Positions 1-14,099 of a stretch of 64,000 bases of DNA are shown here, one piece after another. The first letter of the stretch is position 1; every line of letters begins with the position of its first letter. The DNA is from Paragordius varius (taxonomy: Eukaryota > Animalia > Nematomorpha): NCBI GenBank assembly GCA_964247055.1, contig OZ176053.1:12772001-12836000 (forward strand), read 5' to 3'. The notes under the pieces were generated by a model. The model was not told the origin of the DNA. It did no database searches and was given only the letters and a program-made list of their open reading frames with translations. A program made the position numbers and the translations under genes.

Positions 1-3000
1 CGATTAAAATATCTGCGTACTTTTTTCATTTTGAGGGAGATTTTTCTGAGGTATTAATCCCTAAAATATATACTCTATATTATTCACCTAATAGTACCAT
101 AAAACAGAATGACTTAACATTTTTGAGAGTGGAAAAAGAAAAATATGATAGATTTTAATAATATAATTAATAATTTTGATCTTCATATAATTAATATTTC
201 ATTAAATTAAATGCATTATAAATCTGTTTATGTATTGTAAAATTCTCCTAGATTTACAATTATTTTTTAAATCATTATTGTTCGCCATTATCATAAGATA
301 AATTCAATATATGCAACAAAAACATTATTTTTATATATAACTAGCGAAAGTCTCGGGCTGCTAAGCAGACCGAGGAAGTCCTTTGGACTTCCGGGTGGGA
401 GGGGGGCGCTATTTGAAAAAGTATTTCGAAACATTATTTAATAGCTATGATCTTTATAAAATTTTAAAACGGTGCATTCATACTAATGTATTGTTTACTT
501 GGGCCAAACGGTCTCATACCTAGGACGAAAAATAAATTTAAAAAATTATTTTTGTAGACTTTGTTTTTTGAAAAAATTGGCATTTTATGGGGGGCGGGTA
601 AATATAGGGCCTAAATGAAAAAAGCGAGACGACCATGTTCAGCGCAATCGAAAATGAGTAAACAAAAATCACATTTGAAATATGGTTCAACACGTTCTCC
701 GGAAGATTGTCGCAAAGACACGATTTTTGTGGACTTCTGTTTTCAAAAAAAACCGTTTTTTACACGGGGTATGCCCAAACTGGGGGCCTATTTCAAAAAG
801 GGCGAAGATATTGTCGGGGCATTTATTAATGATTATGTTTTTTCGATGTTTGGATTTGAACGGGTCTACCGGTTTTCGGAAACATACAAAGCGGTTTTAA
901 TGAGCTCATATGGCTTCCTAATTTTCTGTAAATTAGCTCCAAAACAAAGCAATTTCTATATAGTGGACCAGTTTTTGGAGGGTACTCCTAACCCAGGGTA
1001 GGTATAAAAAAGCGCTGGTTAACATTTTTGCCCTCATATGGGGATCATGGAATTATCATGGAATTTACTGTTCCTATTAGACTTATAGATTTTCTGAAAT
1101 TTGGCTCCAAAGGCTAGCTGTATCGAGATTCGACGCAGTTTTACGCGGGTAGCCTCTAACCAGGAGCGAAATAAAAAAACGCTTGATTAAAATTTTTGCG
1201 TTTTTACGGAAAATACCTGGAATCATTATTGATTCCATATGCTCTCATTAGTTTTTTGAAAAATTCCTTAAAACTAAAAAATTATTCTTGGTGGCGTATT
1301 TTTCAGGGCGTGAATAAAAATTCTTACGACCTATTGCTTTGTTATGGGATATTTTAACTATTGAACTCATATGGCATGATAGGTTTTCTGAAATTTAGCC
1401 CCAAAACCACCCTATTTCCTTATTATGGGGCAATTTTTAGCGGCTATCTCCTTACCCAGCATTTTGCATTTTGAGGATGAAGCATTGAAGAATCTACGCA
1501 TTTTATTGTATTATTAAATATTTACTCCTAGATGTATAAAAATATATTTATTGAAAATAAATATATGATATTTGGAATTTAATATATCGTTTTTTCGATC
1601 TTGCAAGCGTCTAAAAATCATTCATATCCACAAACAAAAACGGAAGCTATAAATATATCCTGATGAATCAAATATATTCTGAGAGAATAGCATATTATGA
1701 ATGTCATGGTGCTTTAGGTTTTAAGTGTAACGAATAATTTAGAGTTATATCCACTTTTTTGGTAATTGTTCCTTATCGAAAAGTTGCAAATTAGGCAAAT
1801 TATATATTTTTTTGGTGGAAGCTAAATGCCCCCCTTTAAAAGTATCATTATATTATCGAAAATTAATATAAAATTTATAATTTAAAGCGTAGGCTCCAAA
1901 AGTTGCATTTGGACTTCCCCAAAATGGGCCAGTTTTTTTAAAAAAGCCGATGCGCGATAACATTTTATATATTAACTAGAACTTGACAATATAATATTAT
2001 TTCATAAATTTTGGCAATTTTTATCTTATTTAATGGTGCTTTATTATATATAAAAAGACCTTTATATATAATTTATGCTTAACAATTCTATCACCTCAAA
2101 ATTTTGAATAGCTTTTGCTTTAAAGGGAAAATATTAAGGGGTCTACAAATTTGTGACTTTTGGAGTCTACGCTTAAAATTGTAAACTAAATTTGGGTTTT
2201 AAATATAGTTCATAATTTAATGATATTTTTAAAGGGAAGCTTTAACTTTCACCAAAAAAATTTATAAATTTGCCTAATTTGCAACTTTTTGATAAGGAAC
2301 AATAACCACGAAATTAAATATAACCTAAATTATTCGTTAGACCTAAAACCAAAATCACCATTCCTAATATGCAATATATTTGATATATTAGGATATTTTT
2401 TATAGCCTCCGATTTTGTGCACTGTGGATTGAAACAATTTTTGGACGCTTGCAAGATCGAAAAAACGATATATTAAATTTCAAATATCATATATTTATTG
2501 TCAATAAATATTATTTTTATACATCTAGGAGTAAATATATTATACCTCAAAATGCAAAAAGTGCGCAGATATTTCAATCGCTATGTGATCAAAATCTAAA
2601 GAATATATTTAATTCATTCGCACACTTTCTAAAAACTTTGGATTTTACATGTGTGAATCCAGATATATTTTTTGAAGCGGTTCAGTTAACTGAGATGTGT
2701 AAGAGATCGATGCAATTTTTAAAACTTATTAATTATTTATATATAGAAATTTTTTGTCCTCCAATTTTAAAAAATTCAAAAACTGGGTAGATTTTTTTAT
2801 TTCAGGAAGTATGCAAATATTTCAATTTTGATAACTCGAAAAAATTTAAAAAATATAGTTGGATAAAATGCTTACCTATTTCTTATAAAAAACTTTTCAT
2901 TTTGCATGCATGTTTTAGTACTTATCTGTTATTTAATAGGGGTTGTTTTTCAATACCTAAAGATTGAAGCAACATTACTCAAACCTATATTCTTAAATAT

Positions 3001-3150
3001 ACTTTACTTTATCCTCCACTTTACAGAATTCAAAATTCGCAATTTTTAATGTTATACCCTTTTGAAATATTAATAAGTCTACTAGGAGCTGATGAGTGTA
3101 TGATTTTTATTTGGAAATGTAGGCATAAGGACGTAAGCGTAAGGATTTAA
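1..3150. mobile_element. Long-TIR foldback-like element, copy 1 (left arm cut by the window edge and interrupted at about 37-1460)
   Basis: 1510-1900 is the reverse complement of about 2150-2540. Positions 1-36 and 1462-3100 are collinear with 7287-8940. Confidence 0.7.
341..1460 (-). mobile_element. Non-autonomous Helitron-like element, copy 1 (5' end not found)
   Basis: CTAG at 341-344 next to the hairpin ctcgggctgc-taa-gcagaccgag. The body is the reverse complement of 19534-20611 and 47993-49097. Confidence 0.75.
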
Positions 3151-3349
3151 ACATATCTCAAAAATAATACCCATATCTATTTATTGAACCAAGGATTTTT
3201 TGGTGAGTTTTTTTAAAAAATGCTACCCTTTTGATTAATTTATATCATATATAACAGAGTCTATTTAACATTACTGGTATATAATGTGTTTACCCTTCAT
3301 AACTTTCATTTTTTTGTAAAAACTTAAATTTAGTATTTAAAGAAATAAA

Positions 3350-4150
3350 ACATTTATGTATAATTACGATTAATTACACTAACAAGAATTTTTTTGCCAT
3401 TCAAGTTTTTTGCATTTTCTGATAATTATCATTTTAACACTAATAGAATTAAAACCTGAATTTAATTTTTACCAAAATTTTATTTATAAATGTTTTGCCT
3501 TGAATATGCAACAGATGCCCATTGGTAATATATCATTCGAAAGAGTAATAAAAACTCTATAAAATGCATACTTTATATTCCATCGTTAATTAATATTTGA
3601 CATAAGAAGCGACAAACTCGCGAAGCAGAGTTTTTTTAATTAATATATTTTTAAAATTAATGGATGAAATAGGTCAAACTTTGTATAAATGGCAATGAAT
3701 GTTTTAAGATAACACAAGCATGTCATTTTAAATAAACTCATTTTATGACACAATTGAACAAAAATATATTCAGTAAAAATGAGTCGAAATCGATTTTTAA
3801 TTAATTAACTAAACAACTTATATTAAAATATATTACCTGGACCCAAGTCAATTAATGAACTATCTAAAATTTAATCAAAATTATTATTAAAATTTACATC
3901 GTGAGATTATTAACACCTTTTAAATTAAAACTTTCCTAAATAATTTTTACCGGATTTATTATATAGTTACACTAAATAATTTTATGTGAAATTAAAACTT
4001 ATAGATTACTGGATTAAACTACAAATATTTAGCAATAAACAATTATAATTGCAAAAAAATTTTATTGAATAAAATTTCTAGTTGCATATCCATTTAGTTA
4101 TTTTTTTTGAAAAAAATTTATATACAAAAAATACCTGGAGTAAAGATTAA
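3350..4150 (+). repeat. Dispersed repeat family with a gcgacaaactcgcgaagcagag core, copy 1
   Basis: Collinear with 10693-12287 and 63340-64000. Partial copies at about 6170-6300 (+) and 56730-56860 (-). Confidence 0.75.
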
Positions 4151-4161
4151 TGGTTGGGAAT

Positions 4162-4946
4162 ATTTAGAACGTTTTGACTTTTTTGTGTGTTCATGTTATT
4201 ATAAAAATTTAATTAAAAAATGATAGTATATTTGAATTTAGTTTATTATGTGAATTTTTTTGAAAAATTATATATACAAAAAATATCTGGTGTAAATTGG
4301 ATTAGAGGTTGCGATATTCTCTTTTTGGTTTTTTGACATTCTTTATAATAAAAATTTATTAAAGAAAGTTTTGAAAAAATAATTGGTCTTCACCTAAGAA
4401 TTTTTGAAATTTTTAGCGATTTAACATGACATTCGAAATTTTTAAAATTTTAAATATAGAGCCATTTGTTTCATATCATTCGAAAAGCCGTAAAAGCTAT
4501 TCTGTGAAGGGGATTGTGGAGTCTTATGCAGACTGAAACTGTCAAGTAATTGATTTTGTTTCACCTCTGATACTGATACTGAAGAGCGCAAAAAACTGAA
4601 TTTTATGAATGGTAGTTGATTTAAATCAATCTGATGTAAAAGTTATTTGGCTTATTTTAAAATTTTGATAATTTCGAATGTTATGTTAAAACGCTAAAAA
4701 TTTCAGTAAACCCTATTAATAAAAAATTCTCAGGTGAAGACCAATTATTTTTTCAAAACTTTCTTTAATAAATTTTTATTATAACAAGAATGTCAAAAGT
4801 CAAAAAAACAGATATTCGCAACCCCTAATACAATTTACCCCAGGTATTTTTTGTATATAAAATAAACTAAATTCAAATATACTATCATTTTTTAATTAAA
4901 TTTTTATAATAACATGAACACACAAAAAAGTCAAAACGTTCTAAAT
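4162..4946. mobile_element. Palindromic MITE with about 290-bp inverted arms
   Basis: atttagaacgttttgacttttttgtgtgttcatgttattat... at 4162 mirrors ...ataataacatgaacacacaaaaaagtcaaaacgttctaaat ending at 4946. The arms continue to about 4460 and 4660. Confidence 0.75.
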
Positions 4947-6729
4947 TTCTGCAGCAAAAAATATTTTATGGATCAAATATTCCATATTCGAAGGTATGAT
5001 TAAAATCAAAAATAAATGCGATCAACAGACAAGAAACATTTTTTTTATATTTTTCCATTATTTGTTATAATCGAAAATCGCATTTATGTATACAATTGGG
5101 TCGAAATTTAAATACAACAGAAAAAACGCGCAAAATTTATTTGCTAATATATTCCGTAAGCGTACAATTTTTTAGAGTGTAAACAATTAAAGCTGTAAAT
5201 TACACTTTGTTTTGAAATTGAATCAAATAAACACGTTATTATACGGTTCAAGATAATTTTATACCCTATATTTTTATATTTATAGTTTAACATAAATTTT
5301 GCGTTTCAAAAAATGAATTAAGGCTTATATAAAAAAGATTTTAGCGTATAATTTTTATAATATTCAATATATTTATATTATGGAAAGAAAAAAATCTACC
5401 GACTCAGCTTTTTAGATCAAAAAGCGGAATAAATAGCCAAAATTACATCAAAACATAATTTTGGGCATGATATGTCCGTAAATCAAAAACGAAAAGAATA
5501 ATCTTTCCCGAATGTGTAGTACGATTATTATAATATATGTTGGATGTTTTTTTAACCTAGTTTTGCTTTGGCGCAAATTATTAAAAAAATTTATGTAAGT
5601 CTTGAATCATTTTGTAAGCACGATATATGTAAACTCTAAATAATTATAAATTAGTTAAAACAAAATTTAAAATTTTCACCGCATCAGGTTTTTTTAATTT
5701 AAATTTTATCCCAAAGAACAATTTTATTAATTTTTGAAAATACTTAAGAGACCTTCTGAGATTTTCGCTAACATTTTGTGTTTAGGAATATCCTTATGCT
5801 ATATATTATCGAAATCGACGCATTTTTATCCGTTACATATTCGACTTAATAAAAGACAAGAATGCGATTTTTGATTATAGCATATTAATTTTCTTTTGTT
5901 CTGGTCTATTAACCGCATTAATTTTTTATAATCCTTACCCCGAATTTTTAGCAATCGAATGATATATAATTGATAAATGTAACATTTTTGCTGCGTCACG
6001 TGTTCTACTAACACTCCATGACATTTTCTGTTATTCACTATCATTTTAACAGTTAATTATTATTCCATTTAAGAATTTTTATGATTCCTCTTTATCAAAA
6101 TTTTAATTAAATTTTTTTTTCAAAATATACAACAAGTTTCATTTGTAATATATTGAGTAAAAATCTATATACTATTTTACATCGGTTAATATTGGACATA
6201 GGGAGAAAGCGATAAACGCCCGAAGTGAGAGCATTTTTTTAAATTAATATAATTTTAAAACTAATGGATAAAAATAGCTCAAACTTTGTGTAGATGTCAC
6301 AATAATTGACAAAAAGATAACCTTTTCTGTCTTTGCATTTGTATGTTGCGTGTAACTCCAATTTGAAAAATGATATCATAAATATTCTGTGTTTATATTA
6401 CTTGCATTTATAATTATATAGTTATAGAGCGTGTTCATGTTTCTACGCTCAAGAAAACGTGGTAGATGTAAAATAAATTGGTTGGATTCTTAGTGACTAA
6501 GATTGCAAAAGTTGATATCCAACACACCAAACGATACAAGCTGGCTTACTAGACTACCAAATAGCAACGAATCGATCCCGATTAGCTATGAAAACAACAC
6601 AACACCATCGCCAAAGTAACCAGGTATTTTTTATTACAGGCACTAATAAAAGTCGATAAAGTAGGAGTATCTAGGCAAGTATTTTTTATTTAGTTAAATT
6701 AAAATACTAAGACCCATGTTCGGGTAAGT

Positions 6730-8940
6730 ATTACTTACGTCCTTATGCTTAAATCCTTTTGCTTCCATCCTTATGCTTACATTTTTGAATAAAAAGTCTG
6801 CTTCTAATAGACTTATTAAAATTTCAAAGTGGCATAACTTTAAAAATATGCGAATTTTCGAATTCTGTATTGGAGGATAGAAAGTAAAGCATATTTGACA
6901 AATAATATATAGGTTATCTTTTGGCATTAAAAGGGATTTACACAACCCCTGTTAAACTAAAACATGCATGCAAAATCAAAAGTTTTTTTGAAGAAATAGG
7001 TACGCATTTTATCCAACTATATTTTTTAGATTTTTTTTAAATTATCAAAATTGAAATATTTGAATACTTCGTGAAATAAAAAAATCTACCCAGTTTTTGA
7101 ATTTTTTAAATTGGAGGACAGAAAATCTGTATAAAAACAAATAATTTATGATTAGAAATTGCATCAATCTCTTACACATCCTAGTTAACTAAACCGCTTC
7201 AAAAAATACATCTGGATTCACACATGTTAAATTCAAAGTTTTTTAGAAGGTGTGCTAATGATTCAACTATATTTTTGATCTCATATCGATTAAAATATCT
7301 GCGTGCTTTTTTCATTTTGAGGATGACGCATTGAAGAATCTACGCATTTTATTGGATATTATAAAATAGTAATATTAGATGTATAAAAATAATATTTATT
7401 GACAATAAATATATGATATTTGGAATTCAATATATCGTTTTTTCGATCTTGCAAGCGTCTAAAAAATCATTCACCACAATGCACAAAAACGGAGGCTATA
7501 AATATATCCTTATGAATCAAATATATTCTGAGAGAATAGCATATTATGAATATCATGGTGCTTTTGGTTTTAAGTGTAACGAATAATTTAGAGTTATATC
7601 CACTTTTTTGGTAATTGTTCCTTATCGAAAAGTTGCAAATTAGGTAAATTTATAAATTTTTTGGTGGAAGCTAAATGCCTCCCTTTAAAAATATCATTAT
7701 ATTATCGATAACCAAAATGAAACTTTTAATTTTAAGCGTAGGGTTGCATTTGAACTTCTCCAAAATGGGCCAGTTTTTTAAAAAAGCGATGCGTGATAAC
7801 ATTTTTCATATTAAATAGAACTTGACAATAAAATAGATTTTTTTTCTTAAATTTTGGCAATGTTTATCGTAATTTATAGTGCTTTAATATATATAAAAAC
7901 ACCTTTATATATAATTTATGCTTAACAATTCTATCACCTCAAATTTTTGATTAGCTTTTGCTTTAAATTCGGGGAAATATTTAGGGGTCTAAAAATTTGT
8001 GACTTTTGGAGCCTACGCTTAAAATGGTAAACTTCATTTTGGTTTTTAAATATAGTTCATAATTTAATGATATTTTTAAATTTAACTTTCACCAAAAATT
8101 TTTATAAATTTGCCTAATTTGCAACTTTTCGATAAGGAACAATTATCACGAAATTGGATATACCTAAATTTAGACCTAAAACCAAAATCACCATGATATT
8201 CCTAATATGCAATATATTTGATATATTATGATTTTTTTTATAGCATCCAATTTTGTGCACTGTGGATTGAAATAATTTTTGACGCTTGCAAGATCGAAAA
8301 AACGATATATTAAATTTCAAATATCATATATTTATTGTCAATAAATATTATTTTTATACATCTAGGAGTAAATATATTATACAGCAAAATGCAAAAAGTG
8401 CGCAGATATTTCAATCGCTATGTGATCAAAATCTAAAGAATATATTTAAATCATTCGCACACTTTCTAAAAACTTTGGATTTTACATGTGTGAATCCAGA
8501 TATATTTTTTGAAGCGGTTCAGTTAACTGAGATGTGTAAGAGATCGATGCAATTTTTAAAACTTATTAATTATTTATATATAGAAATTTTATGTCCTCCA
8601 ATTTAAAAAAATCAAAAACTGGGTAGATTTTCACGAAGTATGCAAATGTTTCAATTTTGATAATTTAAAAAAATTTAAAAAATATAGTTGGATAAAATGC
8701 GTACCTATTTCTTATAAAAAACTTTTCATTTTGCATGCATGTTTTAGTAATTATCTATTTAATAGGGGTTGTGTAAACCCCTTTCAATGCCTAAAGATTG
8801 AAGCAACATTACTCAAACCTATATTGTTAAAGATACTTTCTATCCTCCACTTTACAGAATTCAAAAATTCGCAATTTTTAAAGTTATACATACCACTTTG
8901 AAATATTTATAAATCTACTAGGAGCTTATGATGAATGTAT
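6730..8940. mobile_element. Long-TIR foldback-like element, copy 2 (arms about 1 kb, loop about 260 bp)
   Basis: 6795-7745 is the imperfect reverse complement of 8005-8930, e.g. tttacacaacccctgttaaa versus tttaataggggttgtgtaaa. Confidence 0.8.
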
Positions 8941-8946
8941 GATTTT

Positions 8947-10672
8947 GAAAACGTTCGTTTTTTAATATCTCGGCCTGTTGGAGATAGCTCTCTATGAGCC
9001 CTTACTAAAAAGATTATAAAAATATAAATTATTTTTTTCATTCTTCTGTAGTGTTTGATGAAAAGCCATTTAGAGCCAATAAAAATATTGTCATAATAAA
9101 TTTTAAAAATACCTTTATAGTAGTCAATAGTTGAGTATATTAACATTATAAAATCCCATTGGGATAGTTGTTGAATGTCCTACAAGCATAAAAGAGTATA
9201 TATTAGCAATTATTTATAAATAATATAAGCAAATAGAAACATGCATATAAATACAAAGTTAGTGATATGACGATAGTTATAAAAAATACTATACACGATG
9301 ATGGATTCTTAAAAAAAACACAATAAGTTGTAAATGCAATTTGTTTAATTAATGGCTCCAAGGTACAGTTAGTTGATCAAGCTGATTCTTTTTGATATGT
9401 TATGGATCGAAAACCTAACCAAAGAAACCAATCTCTCTCTACAACAGCTAACATCACTCGTTTACAATCGAATAAACTGGAGAAAATATACCTTCGAAGC
9501 AATAAATCGACAACGATCTTTCCTATAATAATAGTAATAATAATATGAGTAATTTATAATGCAAATTAATTTGATTCACAAAAACAACTTTATGGACTTC
9601 TCAGAGAATTATTTATTCCTCGTTAGTTTTTTCCTTATTTGAACTTTTGAATTTTCTGATACTTAGTAGAATTAAATCATTTATTAAATTTTAAAACCTA
9701 ATCCTGTTTATCCTATTCTTTGCAGACATTTAAACTTAATTAAATATCTTATTAAGCAAATGTTAAGCTAATGTGTTTGCCAGTTAATACAGTCACGTAT
9801 AATATTTGAGTTTTAACAAAACTGTGTTTGAGATATTCTTTCTCTATTGTTTGCCTGTATGATTAAAATCAATTGATCTTTATTAACATATATTGTAAAT
9901 AAATAAAATTAATATATTTCCCCCACCCGCAAAGGGGGACTAAAATTTTTATTATAAGAAATAAAAAAGGCCCCTGTTTTGCCTTGGGGCCCCACAGCAC
10001 TGCTGCCCCTAGCTCCTGTTCGTTTCACCACTGTATCTAAATTACATACCCTTTAACCATTTAAATACTGAAATGGCTAACAATGCTTCGCGTTAATAAA
10101 CCAAAACTAATTGGGGAACGAGAAAAAATTTAACAAATATTTCAAAATTGGATGCTCAAAATTTGGAGTTTTTTGTTTTATCAAAGGCCTATTTAGTTAA
10201 AATAAATATCAAAAATAATCGGCTTGATCAACTAACTGTACCTTGAAGCCATTAATTAACCTGGATTTATAAATTATTGAGTTTTCTTAAGAATGATTTA
10301 TAAAATTCAGATAATTACAACATCATCGTGCATAGTATTTTTTTATAACTATCGTCATATCACTAACTTTATATTTATATGAATGTTACTATTATATTAT
10401 TTATTAATAATTGCTAATTTATACTCTTTTATGCTTGTAGGACATTCAAACACTATCCCAATGGGAGTTTATAATGTTAATATACTCAACTATTGACTAC
10501 TATAAAGGTATTTTTAAAATTTATTATGACAATATTTTTATTGGCTCTAAATGGCTTTTCATCAAACACTACAGAAGAATGAAAAAAATATTTTATTTTT
10601 TAATCTTTTTAGCTAAGGGCTAATAGAGAGCTATTTCCAACGGGCCAAGATATTTAAAAAACAAACCTTTTT
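8947..10672. mobile_element. Foldback/MITE with about 450-bp highly similar inverted arms
   Basis: 8960-9390 is nearly the exact reverse complement of 10205-10660, e.g. aaaagccatttagagccaataaaaatattgtcat versus atgacaatatttttattggctctaaatggctttt. Confidence 0.8.
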
Positions 10673-10692
10673 ATTTTTATAATTTCAACATT

Positions 10693-12287
10693 ATGTATAA
10701 TTACGATTAATTACACTAAACAAGAAATTTCCAGAGTTTTTTGCATGTTCTGATTCATTTTAACAGAATCTGATATAAGAATTAAAACCTGAATTTAATT
10801 TTTATCAATTTTATTTATAAATGTGTTGCCTTAAATATGCAACAGATGCCCATTCGTAGTATATCATTCGAAAGAGTAATAAAAACTCTATAAAATGCAT
10901 ACTAATATTTACATCGTTAGTTAAGATTTGACATTGGAAGCGACAAACTCGCGAAGCAGAGCTTTTTTCTTAATTAATATATTTTTAAAACTAATGGATG
11001 AAATAGGTCCAACTTTGTATAGATGGCAATGAATGTCTTAAAAAGATAACAGAAGCATGTTATAAATAAACTCATTTTATCACATAAGTGAACAAAGATA
11101 TTCAGTGAAAATGAGATATTTATTCAAAACTAATTTTTATTTACTAAAAAACTTATACAGTAGCATATGCAGTAAAAGATTGTTAGTGCGCAATAATCTA
11201 AAAAAACAAAACAGGGGGATATCATGGATAGTGTATACAAAATCAGGGGACAATCTTGGTATATGTAAAAATGCGCATTTGGTTTTTGTGAAATTGCGAT
11301 GAAAAATTGTAAAAATATTAGAGAAACATTATTCCAGATTTCTTATAAAAAAATTTTAATTTTTCATTTAATGGTAGAACATTCGTGATTTGAATTATGG
11401 AACTGTATATAAATACAATTAGAAATTATACAAGATCTTTATTTAAATTATTACTTGCTTTTCTCGATCTATTTAAAACTGCATAAGCGTGAGGTGAAAA
11501 TTTAAAATATTTTTAAAATTTGGGGTTTTTTGTCATCAAAAATAAATCACACAAGTTTACTTCTTAAATGCATTACTTATATTATTTTTTATTAACCTCT
11601 AAACATTATTAACTGCTATAGATTTCTTAATTTTTTTTGTAGTTTTACAACATCTTATCTTCAAGTAACGTTATCTAAATTGAATATATCCTGTAATACA
11701 TTTCTAGAAGTTTGTTGAATATTTGGTATTGTGGCTTCATTTTCCTATGAATAAACATTTAATAAATTTTCAAAAAAAAAACATAAATATTTATCACAAA
11801 AATTTTATTAGTTTTTCAATGCCAATGCCGACCAAATGTTCTCAATTTTCATATTTTGATTATCATTCAGTCTTATTTATAAACATATCCATAATATGCC
11901 CCTATTTTGTGTTTTTTAGAATATTTTGCACTAACAATCTTTTGGTGCATACGCTACTGTATTAAAATATTTTAACTCCACCCAAGTCAATGAATGAACT
12001 ATCTAAAAATATAATCAAAATTATTATTAAAATTTACATCGTGAGATTATTAACACCTTTTAAATTAAAACTTTCCTAGATTTCTTATTTATTAAATTCT
12101 CAATACCGGGTTTATTATATAGTTACACTAACTAAATTTTGAAATCAAAAATTTTAGGTTACTGGATTAAACGACAAATATTTAGCAATAAACAATTATA
12201 ATTGCAAAAAAAGTTTTATTGAATAAAATTTATGTGATTTTTTTTATAAAAATTTATATACAAAAAATGCCAGTAGTAAAGATTAAT
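10693..12287 (+). repeat. Dispersed repeat family, copy 2 (interrupted at about 11160-11960)
   Basis: Matches 3350-3800 and then 3830-4150. Confidence 0.7.
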
Positions 12288-12779
12288 GGCTTCTATCCCA
12301 CAACAAGTTGAAGCCGCAAACCAAGAAATGCAATTAACGACGATAGGCATATCAACAAAAGATAGAATAAAAGTACAGCACCGAGTATAACCACACTTAT
12401 ATCCATATATCCATAACACAAAGAAATTTCCCTGATCGCTTTACTATGGGGGGAATATAATGTTATTATTTATTGACATTTATAATACAAATAAGGTTTG
12501 CTAATATTTTATTAAAAATATATAAATATACCTCTACAGCCGTAAAGTTAGAAAAATTTAATTCAATAAATAACAAATTTTATATATTATTCATATAATG
12601 TGCCTAATAATTTAATCGTGAAAGCTGCTCTCATTGCAAAAATATTGCTAAAATAAATCAGTTAATTTTAACATATTGCATGTTAGCTCCAAAAGTCTTA
12701 ATTTTGACCATCCAATGTAAATCTGTTCTATTAAGGCATAATGCCGCAATCGAAAATTATCATTAAATCGTATGGTATG

Positions 12780-13780
12780 ACTGAGGGGTCATTTGTAAAC
12801 TATTCCGTAACTCCTACACAGGATACTAGCGTTATTAAGTCTTGGCATATTCTTTTAGGGGTATGTGTACACTACATCTTAAGACGCACTCTTCCCTTCT
12901 TGCCTTTCACATTATAATCATTTACCGATAAAATTAGATCTCTACTCTTGATGAGTCCAGACCATCTGAAACGATTTAGTCTCATTTATTGTTTATATGT
13001 TTTATTTCAGTAGATTCTATATTATCCTAATTCTTCACTTTGCTCTTTATCACACCACACATTACCCTAACTATTTCCTGCTTTTCTAATGTATAGCCCA
13101 TTTTAATATCATTGTTGGCTATACAACTGCATTATCAGCCTTACACTTAACTTTAATGTTAAGATTTATGTCCCATATAACATTTAAGATCTTTGGATAA
13201 TTTTCACAAGTTCAATTTTTTACATTATCATCACTGCTGCTAAAATTCCAAAATATTTTGACTCCACATTCTTTTTTATACAACCTTTTTAATCTTATCT
13301 GTAGTTTTTACCAAATTTTGTCGTTTTTCCTTTTTATTTAAACCACATAATGTAATGCATTAATCCTTTAATTCCCTAATGATTCAAGCACGTCTGACGG
13401 AGGAACTATTAGGTCATTTGCATAAAGATAACACACTGTTAATTCTTGAATTCTCAAATGCGCCCCATAAATATCAACGAATGCTGACTCCAGATACGCT
13501 GAGGTCTTCAATAATTACGGATATGCCGCACATGCATTTTATGATATTTTTGTAACGGTCAGGCACATTTTTTGTCTTAAACTCTATGGTACTTTGCGGT
13601 AACTTTTGAAAGAGTTTCACTATCAGCAAACGGTGTCCACCATCTCACCTTAGCTTGAAATAGGCGTTATGATGTATGACAGCTCAAAAATATACCGCAA
13701 GCATACTCATCCCTCCACTTTAGGTCCGAATAAGTCCGTTTTTAAATATTTTTTGTATTTTTGATTTTTTTGTTTTTTCC

Positions 13781-13812
<32 letters not shown>

Positions 13813-14050
13813 CACTATATGTGCAAGCAATTGCTCCTCCAACCCTGCTTTTTGACCATGGTAGGAATCAATACCAAATTTTTTCTTCGGTCTCAACATG
13901 GCACTTTTTATTCGAGATTTACCTTTTAACACGTTGGCCAAATCTGTAAGACAACTACAACTTTTTCCCATAATCTTAAGTGAACCATCCGATCCAAAGT
14001 TGCCAAATTAAGAAAAATCAATTCATATGAATTTTTCCCTCCTTTGTGTT
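12780..14050 (-). pseudogene. Decayed RTE-clade LINE reverse transcriptase
   Basis: Minus-strand fragments with stops and frameshifts: FADSETLSKV../KTKNVPDRYKNIIKCM (domain 3 and following), LYANDLIV (YADD), SKYFG, IVRVMCGV, RLNRFRWSG, VKGKKGRVR (RTE C-terminal GRP-like motif). Confidence 0.7.
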
Positions 14051-14099
14051 GCGATTGATCCGATCCTCCCACACCCATTGAAACTTAACACATGAATCT

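Noticed and set aside
615-1001. 128-aa ORF, plus related ORFs at 19543-19786, 20294-20512 and 48158-48340
   Set aside because: They lie in the non-coding Helitron-like repeat, are broken differently in each copy, and show no Rep/helicase motifs.
2449-2790. Near-identical ORFs at 2449 and 8286
   Set aside because: Both are in the right arm of a recently duplicated foldback, start at TTG, and have AT-driven composition. The identity reflects DNA duplication, not coding constraint.
6494-6625. GC-richer segment between an AG and a good donor (CCAG|gtattt)
   Set aside because: Stop codons interrupt the frames I tested, and no compatible neighbouring exons were found.
13786-13812. (TA)n tracts here and at about 49098-49122, and poly-C runs at about 22990 and 49027
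   Set aside because: Ordinary simple repeats inside or at the ends of TEs.
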